This document shows positions 52,052-63,013 of a stretch of DNA of 64,000 bases, one piece after another. This stretch comes from an uncultured Myxococcales bacterium (lineage in GTDB: Bacteria; Myxococcota_A; Polyangia; Fen-1088). The stretch's first letter is position 1. Each line of letters opens with the position of its first letter. The notes beneath the pieces were generated by a model. The model searched no databases. It had not been told where the DNA came from and saw only the letters and a program-made list of their open reading frames with translations. The translations under genes were made by a program, and so were the position numbers. The stretch is from NCBI GenBank assembly GCA_964443975.1, contig CAYUFS010000031.1, forward strand, positions 549 to 64,548, written 5' to 3'.

Positions 52052-52084
52052 ATACTCGAGGGACGCTACTTCTCGTGCCACCGA

Positions 52085-52200
52085 CGGCCGACGATCCGAC
52101 CCGCTGGCTGCGCCGACACTGCGCTCCGGTGCTCGTGTACCGGAGTACACTCCGCTCCGGTGCTCGCGTCGGCTTCGCCATCGGGCCGGCTTGTCGGCCG
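52085..52200. repeat. 116-bp nested palindromic element (REP/MITE-like)
   Basis: Terminal inverted repeat CGGCCGAC/GTCGGCCG; inner GCCGAC/GTCGGC; central GTGTAC-CGGA-GTACAC; 20-nt direct repeat ACACTSCGCTCCGGTGCTCG at 52116 and 52147. Confidence 0.65.
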
Positions 52201-52294
52201 CGTTCTAACCTTCACTCTCCGTGAACTTTGGGGGCCCGTCTCGCCGACGGCTAACACCTGAGCGGATGTCGCGGGCGCCTTGTTTGGCGCGGCG

Positions 52295-52900
52295 TCAGTG
52301 GATGCGGGGGGCGTGGGGCAAGGCCGCCAGGATCTCGGCTTCCGCGATGGAGAACGCGCGCACCCGCGCCTGAAAGTCGGCTTCCGGGACCAGGCTCGCG
52401 GCGAGCTCCAGGAAGATCTCGGCGTGCCTGTCCTCGGCGGTGGCGAGCACGCGATAGAACGGCCCCAGCTCCTCGTCGCCGGACGCCGCGAACCCGCGCG
52501 CCAGGAGGTCCAGCCGTTCGTGGGAGCGCGCTTCGATGAACGCCGCCACCAGCAACGTGTCCAGCAATCGCAGGGGCTCGCGATCCCGGACCTGAGCGAA
52601 CAGCCCGCGGGCATAGTGGTTGGGCGTGTCGGCCCGCGGCGCCCAGCCTCGTCGCGCCAGCAGCCCCGCCACCTGAATGACGTGGCTCGTCTCCTCGTGC
52701 GCCAGGCGGCCGAGCGCGTCGACCGAGCCACCCCGGTGCGGATACCGGCGAACCAACGACAGCGCGTTCTCCGCGGCCTTGCGCTCGCAGTGGAGGTGAT
52801 CCGACAGCAGCGCCTGCAGATCCGTCGTCGCCGCCGCGAACCAGCGCGGATGGGTCCCGCTCGCCAGGATGACGGGCAAGCCGGGGGACGAGCGCTCCAT
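52295..52900 (-). CDS. miaE: tRNA-(ms2io6A) hydroxylase, ferritin-like di-iron
   Basis: DHLHCERKAA, LAHEETSH, AAFIEARSHERL, AEDRH. Confidence 0.9.
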   Translation of the reverse strand: MERSSPGLPVILASGTHPRWFAAATTDLQALLSDHLHCERKAAENALSLVRRYPHRGGSVDALGRLAHEETSHVIQVAGLLARRGWAPRADTPNHYARGLFAQVRDREPLRLLDTLLVAAFIEARSHERLDLLARGFAASGDEELGPFYRVLATAEDRHAEIFLELAASLVPEADFQARVRAFSIAEAEILAALPHAPRIH

Positions 52901-52902
52901 CT

Positions 52903-55626
52903 TCAGGCGCGACCCGGGGCTGCCCCTCCGGACGGGCCCGCCTGCATGAGCTGACGCAGCACGTACGGCAGAATTCCCCCGTGCTGGTAGTAGGCCACCT
53001 CCTGCGGGGTGTCGATGCGCAAGATCGTCGAGAACTCCGTGACCCGGCCATCTACTGCGGTGGCGCGAACCTTCACCTGCCGCCCGGCCGAGAACCCGCC
53101 GGCGAGCGCCGCCGGCAGCCCCTGCGTCTCGAAGACCTCCTCGCCGTTGAGGTGTAGCTTCTCGGCGTTTTCGCCCGGCAGGAACTGCAAGGGGACGATC
53201 CCCATGCCCACCAGGTTCGAGCGGTGGATGCGCTCGTAGCTCTCGGCGATGACCAGGTGCACGCCGAGGAGCTTCGGTCCCTTGGCCGCCCAGTCGCGCG
53301 ATGAGCCGCTGCCGTACTCCTTGCCCGCCAGCACGACGAGGGGCACCTTGTCGCGAATGTACCTCTCCGACGCCTCGAAGATCGACATCAACGCCCCGTC
53401 CGGCAGGTGGCGCGTGACGCCGCCCTCGGTGCCTGGCGCGAGCAGGTTCTTGAGGCGGGTGTTCGCGAACGTGCCACGCACCATGACCTCGTGGTTTCCC
53501 CGCCGCGCGCCGTACGAGTTGAAGTCCTTCGGCTCGACGCCGCGTTCGATCAAGTACTTCCCCGCTGGCCCGTCCTTCTTGATCGATCCGGCGGGCGAGA
53601 TGTGGTCGGTTGTCACGCTGTCGCCCAGCACCGCGAGGACACGCGCCGCCTGCACCTCGCTCGTGGCCTGCGGCAAGGGTGGCATCCCCTCGAAGTACGG
53701 CGGATGCTTCACGTAGGTCGAATCGCCGGCCCAGGCGAAGGTTTCGCCCTGGGGGACCTCCATCTTCCGCCAGCGCTCGTCACCCTCGAAGACCACGGCA
53801 TAGCTTGCCCGAAAGTGCTCGGGCTTCACGGCGGCAGCGACCGCGGCAGCGACCTCGTCGTTCGTCGGCCATACGTCCTTCAGGAACACGGGCGCGCCGG
53901 TTCCGTCGTGTCCGAGCGGCTCGTTCTCGAGATCGATGTCGATGCGCCCCGCCAGCGCGAACGCCACCACCAGCGGGGGGGACATCAAGTAGTTCGCGCG
54001 CACGTCGGGGTTGATGCGACCCTCGAAGTTCCGGTTCCCCGACAGCACCGACGCAACCACCAGATCCCGTTCGTCGATCGCCCCGGAAATGTCGGCCGGC
54101 AGCGGCCCCGAGTTCCCGATGCACGTGGTGCAGCCGTAGCCCACCAGGTTGAACTTCAGCTTGTCGAGGAACGGGGTCAACCCTGCCGCGTTCAGGTACT
54201 CGGTCACGACCTTCGAGCCCGGAGCCAGCGAGGCCTTCACCCACGGCTTCACCGACAGCCCGCGCTCGACGGCCTTCTTGGCCACCAGGCCGGCCGCCAC
54301 CATCACGGAAGGATTCGACGTGTTCGTGCAGCTCGTGATCGCCGCGATGACCACGGAGCCGTGCTTGAGCTCGGGCGACTTCGGGGCCCCCGACACCACG
54401 GGCGCGTCCTTCTTCTTCGCCTTCACCAGCGACGGCAGCGCGTCGGTGAAGGACTTCTTCGCCGAGAACAGGGCCACCCGATCTTGCGGGCGCTTCGGGC
54501 CCGCGACGCTCGGCTCCACCGTCCCGAGATCGAGCTCCAGGGTGTCGGAGTAGGTCGCGTCCTTGGTGCCAGCGTCGAGGAACAACCCCTGTTCCCGCGC
54601 GTAGGCCTCGACCAGCGCCACCTGCTCGTCGGTACGGCCCGAAAAACGCAGGTAGCGGAGCGTCTCGGCGTCGACGGGAAAGAAGCCGCACGTCGCGCCG
54701 TACTCGGGCGCCATGTTCGCGATGGTCGCGCGGTCGGCGAGCGACAGCGCCCGCACGCCAGGGCCGAAGAACTCCACGAACTTTCCCACCACGCCCTTCT
54801 TGCGCAGGCGCTCGGTCACCGTCAGCACGAGGTCCGTCGCCGTCGAGCCCTCACGCATGATCCCGTGCAGCCGAAAGCCGACCACCTGCGGGATCAACAT
54901 CGACGTCGCCTGCCCCAGCATGGCCGCCTCGGCCTCGATCCCGCCGACGCCCCAGCCCAGCACCCCGAGGCCATTGATCATCGTGGTGTGCGAGTCCGTG
55001 CCCACCACCGAGTCCGGATACGCCAGCGTCTTGCCGTCGGCGGTCGCGGCGGTGAACACCACGCGCGCCAGGTACTCGAGGTTCACCTGGTGGACGATGC
55101 CCGTGTCCGGGGGGACGACCGCGAAGTTTCGCAGCGCGGACTGCCCCCAGCGCAGGAAGGTGTAGCGCTCGCGGTTCCGCGAGAACTCGATGCTGGCGTT
55201 CAGCGAGAACGCGCCGGCGTGTCCGGCCTCGTCCACCTGGACGGAGTGATCGATGACCAGCTCGGCGGGCAGCAGCGGATTGATCCGCGCCGGATCGCCC
55301 CCCATGCGTTTCATGGCGTCGCGCATCGCCGCCAGATCCACGACGGTGGGAACGCCGGTGAAATCCTGCAACAAGACCCGCGCCGGCATGAACGCGATCT
55401 CCGTGGCAGGCGTCGCTTGCGGATCCCAGGCACACAGGGCGCGGATGTCGCCCTCCTTGACCGTGCGTCCGTCCTCGAGCCGCAGCAGGTTCTCGAGCAG
55501 CACCTTCAGCGAATACGGCAGCCGCCCCACGTCCACGCCGGACTTCTGCAGGGCGGATAGCCGATAGATCTCGTACTCGCGGGTTCCCACCTTCAGCGTC
55601 GAGCGCGCGCCAAACGAATTCGCCAT
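52903..55626 (-). CDS. acnA: Aconitate hydratase A
   Basis: [63 protein letters not shown]. Confidence 0.98.
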   Translation of the reverse strand: MANSFGARSTLKVGTREYEIYRLSALQKSGVDVGRLPYSLKVLLENLLRLEDGRTVKEGDIRALCAWDPQATPATEIAFMPARVLLQDFTGVPTVVDLAAMRDAMKRMGGDPARINPLLPAELVIDHSVQVDEAGHAGAFSLNASIEFSRNRERYTFLRWGQSALRNFAVVPPDTGIVHQVNLEYLARVVFTAATADGKTLAYPDSVVGTDSHTTMINGLGVLGWGVGGIEAEAAMLGQATSMLIPQVVGFRLHGIMREGSTATDLVLTVTERLRKKGVVGKFVEFFGPGVRALSLADRATIANMAPEYGATCGFFPVDAETLRYLRFSGRTDEQVALVEAYAREQGLFLDAGTKDATYSDTLELDLGTVEPSVAGPKRPQDRVALFSAKKSFTDALPSLVKAKKKDAPVVSGAPKSPELKHGSVVIAAITSCTNTSNPSVMVAAGLVAKKAVERGLSVKPWVKASLAPGSKVVTEYLNAAGLTPFLDKLKFNLVGYGCTTCIGNSGPLPADISGAIDERDLVVASVLSGNRNFEGRINPDVRANYLMSPPLVVAFALAGRIDIDLENEPLGHDGTGAPVFLKDVWPTNDEVAAAVAAAVKPEHFRASYAVVFEGDERWRKMEVPQGETFAWAGDSTYVKHPPYFEGMPPLPQATSEVQAARVLAVLGDSVTTDHISPAGSIKKDGPAGKYLIERGVEPKDFNSYGARRGNHEVMVRGTFANTRLKNLLAPGTEGGVTRHLPDGALMSIFEASERYIRDKVPLVVLAGKEYGSGSSRDWAAKGPKLLGVHLVIAESYERIHRSNLVGMGIVPLQFLPGENAEKLHLNGEEVFETQGLPAALAGGFSAGRQVKVRATAVDGRVTEFSTILRIDTPQEVAYYQHGGILPYVLRQLMQAGPSGGAAPGRA

Positions 55627-55698
55627 GGTCAGTTTTTAGGGGGAAAGTCCGCTCCTGTCGAGAGGGTCGCCGCCGATCGCGCCCGCCACCTCCGGGGC

Positions 55699-57750
55699 TC
55701 AGGGAACGCCGAGCATCCGGCGCGCCGCGGCCGTGGCGGCGGCCGTGGCCGGGGAGAAATGTCCTCGTTTGAACAGAAACAATTCGTCCCCGCGCTGGGC
55801 GAGCAAGCCGTACTCCTCGCGATTCGCGAGCGCGGCGTTCAGGGAGGCCCGTGACAGATCGCCGACGTGCGAACGACCGATGAGGAGGTAGTCGACCGGG
55901 CCTGGCGGCACGCGCAGGGGATAAGCGATCTTGCGGGTGCTGATGTGCGGCGTCTCGTTCTCCGTCGCCGCGACCGAGGCGCCCCGGGGAATCATCGCGA
56001 CGAGCGCCTGCAGGTCGGCGTAGCGGCGCTGCTCCGCGGGTGAAATCTTGAACTCGATCCGATTGAATCCCCCGACGAACACCTCCCGCTGAAAGATGGC
56101 GCCGTAGGTGTAGCTGTCGGCCGCCATCACGATGACCAGCGTGCCCAGCGCCGCCAGGCGCGCCGAGCCACCGTTCGGCTGCCGCGCCACCGCGACCAGG
56201 GCCAACACGGCCGCCAGGAACAGGAACGGCGTCCAGTGATTCGTGTACTGAAACGAGATCATCGTCGTCGGCGAGTAGCCGGTCGTCATGATGGTGAAGA
56301 AGATCGCCGGCAAGAGCAGCAGCACCAGGGGGAAACGCCGCAACGGCAGGAACGCCAGCGGCGCCAGCATGTGCAGCACGTACTCGAGCTTCACCTGCGT
56401 CATGAGCGTCGTGATGAAGAACAGGGGGTTGGTCAGGATGGTCTTGATCACGCTGCCGAACGTCGCCACGCCGTCGGCGAACAGGCCGCTATACAGGTTC
56501 TGGAAGTACCACGACCCCGCGAGCGGCATGATCACGAAGCGGTCGATGCCGAACCAGATCCCCGACACCACCGCGAGCACGAGGCCGAGGCGCGGCCGGA
56601 TGCGCGTCAGCAAGAGGAACAACCCCAGCCCGACGAGATCCACCGCGACGTCCTCGCGCAGCGAGTACAGCATGATGACCATCCCGACCGTCAGCCACCT
56701 CCGGCGCGTGGCGATCGCCCAGAACAACCAGAAATGGAAGAACGGGGTCAGGGTGAGCCAATGGAAGTCGTAGAAGTTGGGGCCGTGCAGCGGGGGGAAG
56801 CACAGGTAGGCGAGCGCGACGGCCGCGGCCATCGGCCGTGACAGCTGGGTCGCCGCGAACAGGTACAGCGGAACCGCGGCGAAGCCCAGCACGATCGCCT
56901 GTGCGATCAGCATGGTCTCGGGCCCGGGCCGGAGGGCGTAAAAGGGTATGAACCAGATGACGCCGAACTCGGCGTGCGAGGCGAGGTTGTTGCCGCCCGC
57001 CGGCCCGAACAGCACGGTGGCCCGGAACGGGTGCCCGTGGATGGCGTTGAACATCAGGTTGTCGTAGATGCCGAGATCGAACGCGGTGGTCCCGAGCCGG
57101 TGGTGGCTGCGAATCGTGAAGAAGGCGAAGTAGGCGGCGTAGCCGGCTGCCGCCAGCACCACCAGCCCAAACCACAACACCCGTGGCGAGGGACGGCGCA
57201 GCGCGCGCAACCTCGCCGCCAGGGCGGTGACGAGCACGGGCTCTCGTCCGCCCGCCAGCGCTTCGACGCTGCGGCGCAAGAGCGGCTGGCAGAGCAGCCC
57301 GAAGATTCCCAGCACGAGGAGGTACATCAACGGGCTGGCGTGGCTGAACTTGACGCTGAACAGGGCCGGCAGGAAACACGCGAGCATCAGCGGCGCGAGG
57401 ACCTCCCCCACCCGCTCGATCGCCTGCACGGTCGCTTCGCTGCGCCGGCGCCTCGCGACCATGGTCACGACGAGGACGACGAGCGGCGCGACCGCCCCCG
57501 CGAGCAACGAGACCAGGAATTCACGGCGGAGGCGCGGGCCAAACAAGTTCTGGGACAGCAGCCGATCGCGCACGTCGCCCGGCGCCTCCACGAGGCGCGC
57601 CAGCACGACCACGGACATCCCCGCCAGCGCCAGGGTGAGCGCGGGCATGAGCAGGCGCGACCATGGCGCCCGCTGCCCGCTGACGGCGAGCGAAACGGAG
57701 GCGGGCACCACCTCCGGAACGAACGTCGTCTCTTGATTCGCGCTCGTCAT
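55699..57750 (-). CDS. DUF2079 family polytopic membrane protein (probable GT-C glycosyltransferase)
   Basis: ATG 57750 overlaps the upstream stop; TAFDLGIYDNLMFN..GHPF, LHGPNFYDFH, LREDV, FQYT. Confidence 0.85.
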   Translation of the reverse strand: MTSANQETTFVPEVVPASVSLAVSGQRAPWSRLLMPALTLALAGMSVVVLARLVEAPGDVRDRLLSQNLFGPRLRREFLVSLLAGAVAPLVVLVVTMVARRRRSEATVQAIERVGEVLAPLMLACFLPALFSVKFSHASPLMYLLVLGIFGLLCQPLLRRSVEALAGGREPVLVTALAARLRALRRPSPRVLWFGLVVLAAAGYAAYFAFFTIRSHHRLGTTAFDLGIYDNLMFNAIHGHPFRATVLFGPAGGNNLASHAEFGVIWFIPFYALRPGPETMLIAQAIVLGFAAVPLYLFAATQLSRPMAAAVALAYLCFPPLHGPNFYDFHWLTLTPFFHFWLFWAIATRRRWLTVGMVIMLYSLREDVAVDLVGLGLFLLLTRIRPRLGLVLAVVSGIWFGIDRFVIMPLAGSWYFQNLYSGLFADGVATFGSVIKTILTNPLFFITTLMTQVKLEYVLHMLAPLAFLPLRRFPLVLLLLPAIFFTIMTTGYSPTTMISFQYTNHWTPFLFLAAVLALVAVARQPNGGSARLAALGTLVIVMAADSYTYGAIFQREVFVGGFNRIEFKISPAEQRRYADLQALVAMIPRGASVAATENETPHISTRKIAYPLRVPPGPVDYLLIGRSHVGDLSRASLNAALANREEYGLLAQRGDELFLFKRGHFSPATAAATAAARRMLGVP

Positions 57751-59750
57751 TTGGTCGTCGTCGCGCCCGTTGTTCCCGGCTTGCCTGTCGTGTCTGGCTT
57801 CCCTGTTTGGTCCGGCCGCTTCAACAGCACCAGCCCTGGCCGTTGCGCGGCCACGGTATAGCCCGCCCGCAAGGCCGCGTCGTACTGCTCGCGCTCGGAC
57901 GGGATGGGGTGATCGGTCGTGTAGAGGATGTAGTCGATGCCCTGATACCCGGTGGACATGTTCCAGCACTCGATCCGGTTCGACACGTGGGGAAGCTCGC
58001 GATCGGTGGCGCCTAGCACCGCGTCGCGCGGCACGAGGCGCATCAGCTCGTCGATGTAACGCTGTTCGGCCAGGTTCTGGGGGGTCGGCGGGTCGAACCG
58101 CAGGGCGCCATACGCGGTGTGGAACCGCTCGCGCGGCGGGATCGCGCCCCAGTGCGTGGTGGTGATGAGCGTCCCGGCGACCAGCGCCGCGACCGCGGCC
58201 CGCTGCCGCGCCACGCCGTGTGGTCCGCGCCGGATGGCCGCGAGCGCGAGCGCCGCGGCGGGGAAGATGTAGGGGATGAAATAGCCGGAGTATTGATAGC
58301 CGATGTCGTGGGTGGGGCCGTAGTCGGTCAACAGGGTGAAATACGAGCCAGCGACCACGCTCAGCGCGAGGTGAGCGCGGCGCAACGGCAGGAACGCCAG
58401 CGGCAACAGGATCTGGAGCGCATACCGCAGCTTCTCGCCCGTCAGCAGCGTGGTGAAGGTATAGACGGGGTTCGTCAGAATGGTCTTGATGATTCCGGCG
58501 AAGCTGTGCTCCCCTTCGGGGAAGAGCTGGTGGTAGTGCTCGGCGAACCCCCACTGCCCGAAGGCGGGCATGATGGCGAAGCGCAACAGCACGAAGTAGG
58601 TGACGGACACGACGAGGATGACCACGCCGGTTCGAGGCCGATGGCGGGTGGCGATCAGGAACAGGCCGAACACGGCCGTGCCCACCGAGATGTCCTCGCG
58701 GCAGGTGATGCCGAGGATGAAGAACGCCACGAACGGCTTCATGCGCCGCGCGTCGAAGCAGTCAATCGCGGCCAGCAGGAACGCAGCGGACAGCGGCTGG
58801 AAGTGGATGTCGAAGAACTGCGCGCCGTGGAGCGGCGGATAGAAGTAGTACGCCCCCGTCAACAGCGCCGCGATCGGCCGCGATACGCGGCGCGCCGCGA
58901 AGCGATACACGCAGACGCCCGCCAGCCCGAGCAGCGCCGACTGCATCACCATCAACGTCGTCGCCGCCGGGTGAAGCGCGTAGATCGGCAGCATGAACAC
59001 CATCGCCAGCTCGGCGTGATTCCGCAGCTCGCTCCAGTTCCCGGCCCGAATCAGGGTCGTGCAGCGAAAGGGATGCCCGTGCAGAAAATTGTAGAACTGG
59101 TTGTCAATCTGGCCCAGGTCCCAGGTGTATGAGTTGAACCCGGCGTGGTTCCGTAGCGCGAAGAACGACGTGTACCCGATGTAGCCCGCGGCGCCGAGGC
59201 CGATCAAGGCCTGGGGCCAGAACCGCAGCACGCCCGCGGGGAGGCGCGCGGGGAACCCATCGACCGCCGTGCCCGGCTCGAGCCTCCGTGGCGTGGTGCG
59301 GTACGCCTCGAAGTGTAAGCGGCAGAGACGCTCGAACAGCAAGATGAAGGCGGCGATCAGCACCGCCAGCGTCATGGGATCGAACCAGGCATCCGGACGC
59401 ATCAGGCCCGGCACGAACGCCGCCAACAGCAGGGGCGCCGCCAATCGCGACACCCGCCACAGCCGATGCCCGCCGGTCAGCCGGTGCGCGCCGAGCCACC
59501 CAAAATCGAAGGCGAGCAGCAGGATCGTCGCTGCCACCCCCAGCACGACCCCGACCGCGAGCGTCGCCAGCAGCACGCCGCGCTGGTGCGGCGGGAGCAC
59601 GTTGGAGCGGGCGAAGGCGTCCACCCACCGGCCGCGCGCCTGCACCAGGCCAAGCGCCACCGACCCGCCCGCCAGGACCAAGATCCCGCCCGAGCGGGCG
59701 AGCTCCGCAAGGTCGACGACGAAGGGGGGCGCGTTCGGCCTCGGCTTCAT
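57747..59750 (-). CDS. DUF2079 family polytopic membrane protein (probable GT-C glycosyltransferase), paralog
   Basis: ATG 59750 overlaps the GT2 stop; TWDLGQIDNQFYN..GHPF, LHGAQFFDIH, CREDI, YQYS. Confidence 0.85.
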   Translation of the reverse strand: MKPRPNAPPFVVDLAELARSGGILVLAGGSVALGLVQARGRWVDAFARSNVLPPHQRGVLLATLAVGVVLGVAATILLLAFDFGWLGAHRLTGGHRLWRVSRLAAPLLLAAFVPGLMRPDAWFDPMTLAVLIAAFILLFERLCRLHFEAYRTTPRRLEPGTAVDGFPARLPAGVLRFWPQALIGLGAAGYIGYTSFFALRNHAGFNSYTWDLGQIDNQFYNFLHGHPFRCTTLIRAGNWSELRNHAELAMVFMLPIYALHPAATTLMVMQSALLGLAGVCVYRFAARRVSRPIAALLTGAYYFYPPLHGAQFFDIHFQPLSAAFLLAAIDCFDARRMKPFVAFFILGITCREDISVGTAVFGLFLIATRHRPRTGVVILVVSVTYFVLLRFAIMPAFGQWGFAEHYHQLFPEGEHSFAGIIKTILTNPVYTFTTLLTGEKLRYALQILLPLAFLPLRRAHLALSVVAGSYFTLLTDYGPTHDIGYQYSGYFIPYIFPAAALALAAIRRGPHGVARQRAAVAALVAGTLITTTHWGAIPPRERFHTAYGALRFDPPTPQNLAEQRYIDELMRLVPRDAVLGATDRELPHVSNRIECWNMSTGYQGIDYILYTTDHPIPSEREQYDAALRAGYTVAAQRPGLVLLKRPDQTGKPDTTGKPGTTGATTTK

Positions 59751-60739
59751 TTCGCCGCAGGGTTGCGCGCGTCGCGCGAGGGTTCGAGGCGAGGCAAATT
59801 GATCTCGTCCTGCACGACGTACAGGGGCCGGCGCTTCACCTCCTCGTAGATGCGGCCCACGTACTCGCCGAGGATGCCCGTCATCAGCAGCTGCGCCGAC
59901 GAGCCCAGGCCGACGAGGATCATGATCGTCGTCCACCCCTGGATCACGCCCTTCCCGAACACCTTCTCCCACACGGCCCAGACACCGCCCGCCATCGCCG
60001 TCACACCGGCGAGGACGCCCAACCAGATCGCCATCCGCAGCGGCACCGTCGAGAACGAGGTGATGCCGTCGACGGCGAAGCGGAGCATCTTGCGCAGCGG
60101 GTACTTGGTCTCGCCCGCGAAGCGAGCGGGACGCTCGTACGTGACGCTCGACTGGCGAAAGCCGACCCACGCCACGAGGCCCCGCACGAAGCGATGCTGC
60201 TCGCGGAGCGCCCGCAGCGTCAGCACGACCGGCCGGCTCATCAGCCGAAAGTCCCCCGCGTCGGCGGGGATGGAGAAGCCACCCAGCATCGCGCGGAGGA
60301 CCCGATAGTACACCGCGGCCGTCAGCTTCTTGAACGCGGTCTCGCCGTGCCGCCGCGAGCGAATCGCGAACACCACGTCGAAGCCCTCCCGCCACCGGGC
60401 CACCATCTGCTTGACCACCTCGGGCGGGTCCTGAAGATCGGCGTCCATGACCACCACCGCGTCGCCGTTCGCTCGATCCATCCCCGCCGTGATGGCCATC
60501 TGGTGACCGAAGTTCCGGGCGAACGAGATGATCTTGTAGCGCGGCTCCGAGTCCGCGAGCGCCTTCAACAGCGCGAGCGAGCTATCCTTCGAGCCGTCGT
60601 TGACGAAGATCACCTCCCACGATTCGGCCACGTCGCCGCCGACATCGGCGAAGAACGCGCGCAGGCGCCGATCCAGCTCGGGAATGATTTCTTCCTCGTT
60701 GTAGATGGGAAGAACCAGCGAGAGGATGGGGGCATCCAT
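59747..60739 (-). CDS. Glycosyltransferase family 2, GtrB/ArnC-like polyprenol-phosphate glycosyltransferase
   Basis: LPIYNEEE, FVNDGSKD, RNFGHQMAITAG, MDADLQDPP, GDFRLMSR, two C-terminal TM helices. Confidence 0.95.
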   Translation of the reverse strand: MDAPILSLVLPIYNEEEIIPELDRRLRAFFADVGGDVAESWEVIFVNDGSKDSSLALLKALADSEPRYKIISFARNFGHQMAITAGMDRANGDAVVVMDADLQDPPEVVKQMVARWREGFDVVFAIRSRRHGETAFKKLTAAVYYRVLRAMLGGFSIPADAGDFRLMSRPVVLTLRALREQHRFVRGLVAWVGFRQSSVTYERPARFAGETKYPLRKMLRFAVDGITSFSTVPLRMAIWLGVLAGVTAMAGGVWAVWEKVFGKGVIQGWTTIMILVGLGSSAQLLMTGILGEYVGRIYEEVKRRPLYVVQDEINLPRLEPSRDARNPAAK

Positions 60740-60812
60740 CGGGCCCCCTATATATCATCATCGCTGTCCCGTCCTCGCCCCGTTCCCGTGCCCGACAAGA
60801 TCGGGTCGCGCG

Positions 60813-61490
60813 CTATTCGGGCTGGCTGAAGTGGCGCCGCACCGGGTGCAGCGGGCCCATCTCGGGCGTCGGCGCGGCTACCGAATGGCGGAGGTGCGGG
60901 AACAGATCGAAGTGCGCCGCGGTCCAGGCGGCCACGCCGATGCCCCCGAGGACCGCCGCCGCCGTTCCGAGCGCCCATGGCAGCAGCACCGGCGCCAGCG
61001 CGCTTCGCGACGGCACCCGAATCAGGGCGCCGAGCAGCTCGTGCTCGTGCGCAGGCGCGCGAAATGGCCCCGCGTCCCCGGCCATGCCCTCCAGCAGACC
61101 CTCGGCGACGATCTCGTCCCCCGGACGCAGGATGATCTCCTCGATGCCAAGGGCGCCCGATAGCTCGAAGTGCCTCCCCGCCACCAGCGATCCGGGGCTG
61201 CCCGGGCGGTGAAAGACCGCCGCGCCACGGATGTCCGCCCCACCCGGAAGGACCCGCACCCGCCCGGTCCCTCCGGCGTCACCGGGGCGGTCGTCCTCGA
61301 TCTCGAAGGGCTCCTCGGACGCGATCTCGTGAACCAGCCGCAGCGACGGGTCCAGCTCCTCGACGATGCGCAGCCGCCAGTACACGCACGGCGCTCCCGA
61401 CACCGGCGACCGCAGCGGCTCACGCGGGCTGAACGCGCGGCCGGCCATCCGCACGTTGCGGACATTTTGAACGAGCGCGGTCACTGTCAT
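60813..61490 (-). CDS. Hypothetical membrane protein, GIDE-domain-like
   Basis: [20 protein letters not shown]...PFEIED...GRVRV, followed by a C-terminal TM helix. Confidence 0.6.
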   Translation of the reverse strand: MTVTALVQNVRNVRMAGRAFSPREPLRSPVSGAPCVYWRLRIVEELDPSLRLVHEIASEEPFEIEDDRPGDAGGTGRVRVLPGGADIRGAAVFHRPGSPGSLVAGRHFELSGALGIEEIILRPGDEIVAEGLLEGMAGDAGPFRAPAHEHELLGALIRVPSRSALAPVLLPWALGTAAAVLGGIGVAAWTAAHFDLFPHLRHSVAAPTPEMGPLHPVRRHFSQPE

Positions 61491-63013
61491 CGCGGCACCT
61501 CCCCTTCGGGCACGAGCACCTCGGGCGGAGGCGTGACCGCGTCGCCGGCGGACGCGCCGCTGTCGCCGCTGGCCCGGGCGCGCGCCGCGTACTCCTCGAG
61601 CTTGCGATAGAGCGTCTTGCGATCGAGCCCCAGCTTTTGAGCGGCGCGGGTCTTGTTGCCGCCCTCCGCCAGGACGACGCGCTCGATGTACTCGCGCTCC
61701 AGCGCTTCGAGCGTCAAGCCGCGCGCCAGCGCGCCCCCGAGGTTGTCGGCGCGCCGCCGTTCGCGGACGGTGGTGGGAAGGTCGTCCATTCCGATCACGT
61801 CCCCCTCCGCGAGCGCGACCGCGCGCTCGATGACGTTCTCAAGCTCGCGCACGTTGCCCGGCCAGGGATAGGCCAGCAACGCCTTCTTGACCGGTGCGCC
61901 GAGCTCGCGGAACGCCTTCCCGGTGCGCGCGGTCGCCGCCGCCAGAAAGTGCTCCGCCAGCGCCAGGATGTCCTCGGTTCGCTCGCGAAGCGGGGGGAGA
62001 TGCACGTGGATGACGTTCAGTCGATAGTAGAGGTCCTCGCGGAAGGAACCCTCGCGCAACCGCGGATCCAGGTCGCGATTCGTGGCGGCGATCACGCGCA
62101 CGTCGATCTTCTCCGAGCGGCTGCCGCCGAGGGGGCGAATCTCGCGATCCTGCAACACCCGCAAGAGCTTGGCCTGCAGCGCCGGCGAAAGCTCGGCAAT
62201 CTCGTCGAGAAAAATGGTGCCCCCCTCCGCCTCCACGAAGATCCCCAGCTTGTCGGTGCGCGCATCGGTGAAGGCGCCCCGCTTGTACCCGAACAGCTCG
62301 CTCTCCAGCAGCGCGTCGGGGATCGCAGCGCAGTTGATCGGGACGAATGGCCGCTTGCGGCGCGGGCTGGTGAAGTGCAGCGAGCGGGCGATCAGCTCCT
62401 TGCCGGTCCCCGAGTCGCCCGTGACCAGCACCGACGCCGACGAGCCGGCGAGCCGCCGCACCATCCCGAAGATCTCCTGCATGGCCGGCGATCGGCCGAT
62501 GATGTTGTCGAAGCCGTAGCTGCGCCCCACCTCGTCGCGCAGCCGCTCCACCTCGGAGCGCAGCGCCCGCTCGGAGAGGGCCTTCTCGACGGAGAGCAAC
62601 AGCTGATCGATCTCGAACGGCTTCGTGATGTAGTCGAAGGCGCCCAGCTTGACCGCCCGGATCGCCGTGTCGATCGAGCCGAACGCCGTGATCGTGATGA
62701 CGTGGGGCGCGGGCTCGACCGCCTTGATCTCGCGCAGGAGATCGAGCCCGTCCAGATCGGGCATCTTGACGTCCGACACCACCAGATCGATACCTCCCTG
62801 GCGGATCCGGTCGACGCCGGGGCGGCCGCCCCCCACGACCTCGACCGCGTAGCCGCTGTCGTCGAGGGCCTCGCGCAGCAGATCGCCCATCGCCGCGTCA
62901 TCCTCCACGACCAGGATTCGCGACCGTGTGCGCGCGGTCGGCGGCGACGCTGCTCGGCTCTCTCTCGTGTCGCTCAACCCATTAAGCCTTGCCGATCCCC
63001 TCGACCGCGGCAA
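61487..63013 (-). CDS. Sigma54-dependent response regulator (NtrC/AtoC family; REC-AAA+-Fis HTH)
   Basis: [62 protein letters not shown]. True start likely near 62977. Confidence 0.95.
   Translation of the reverse strand: MPRSRGSARLNGLSDTRESRAASPPTARTRSRILVVEDDAAMGDLLREALDDSGYAVEVVGGGRPGVDRIRQGGIDLVVSDVKMPDLDGLDLLREIKAVEPAPHVITITAFGSIDTAIRAVKLGAFDYITKPFEIDQLLLSVEKALSERALRSEVERLRDEVGRSYGFDNIIGRSPAMQEIFGMVRRLAGSSASVLVTGDSGTGKELIARSLHFTSPRRKRPFVPINCAAIPDALLESELFGYKRGAFTDARTDKLGIFVEAEGGTIFLDEIAELSPALQAKLLRVLQDREIRPLGGSRSEKIDVRVIAATNRDLDPRLREGSFREDLYYRLNVIHVHLPPLRERTEDILALAEHFLAAATARTGKAFRELGAPVKKALLAYPWPGNVRELENVIERAVALAEGDVIGMDDLPTTVRERRRADNLGGALARGLTLEALEREYIERVVLAEGGNKTRAAQKLGLDRKTLYRKLEEYAARARASGDSGASAGDAVTPPPEVLVPEGEVPR

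Noticed and set aside
53407-55560. 717-aa plus-strand ORF opposite acnA, and similar shadows (25711..27633+ N-terminal part, 28314..29933+, 36669..38198+, 61637..63172+)
   Set aside because: Same GC-driven stop-codon depletion; the true genes are identified by conserved motifs.
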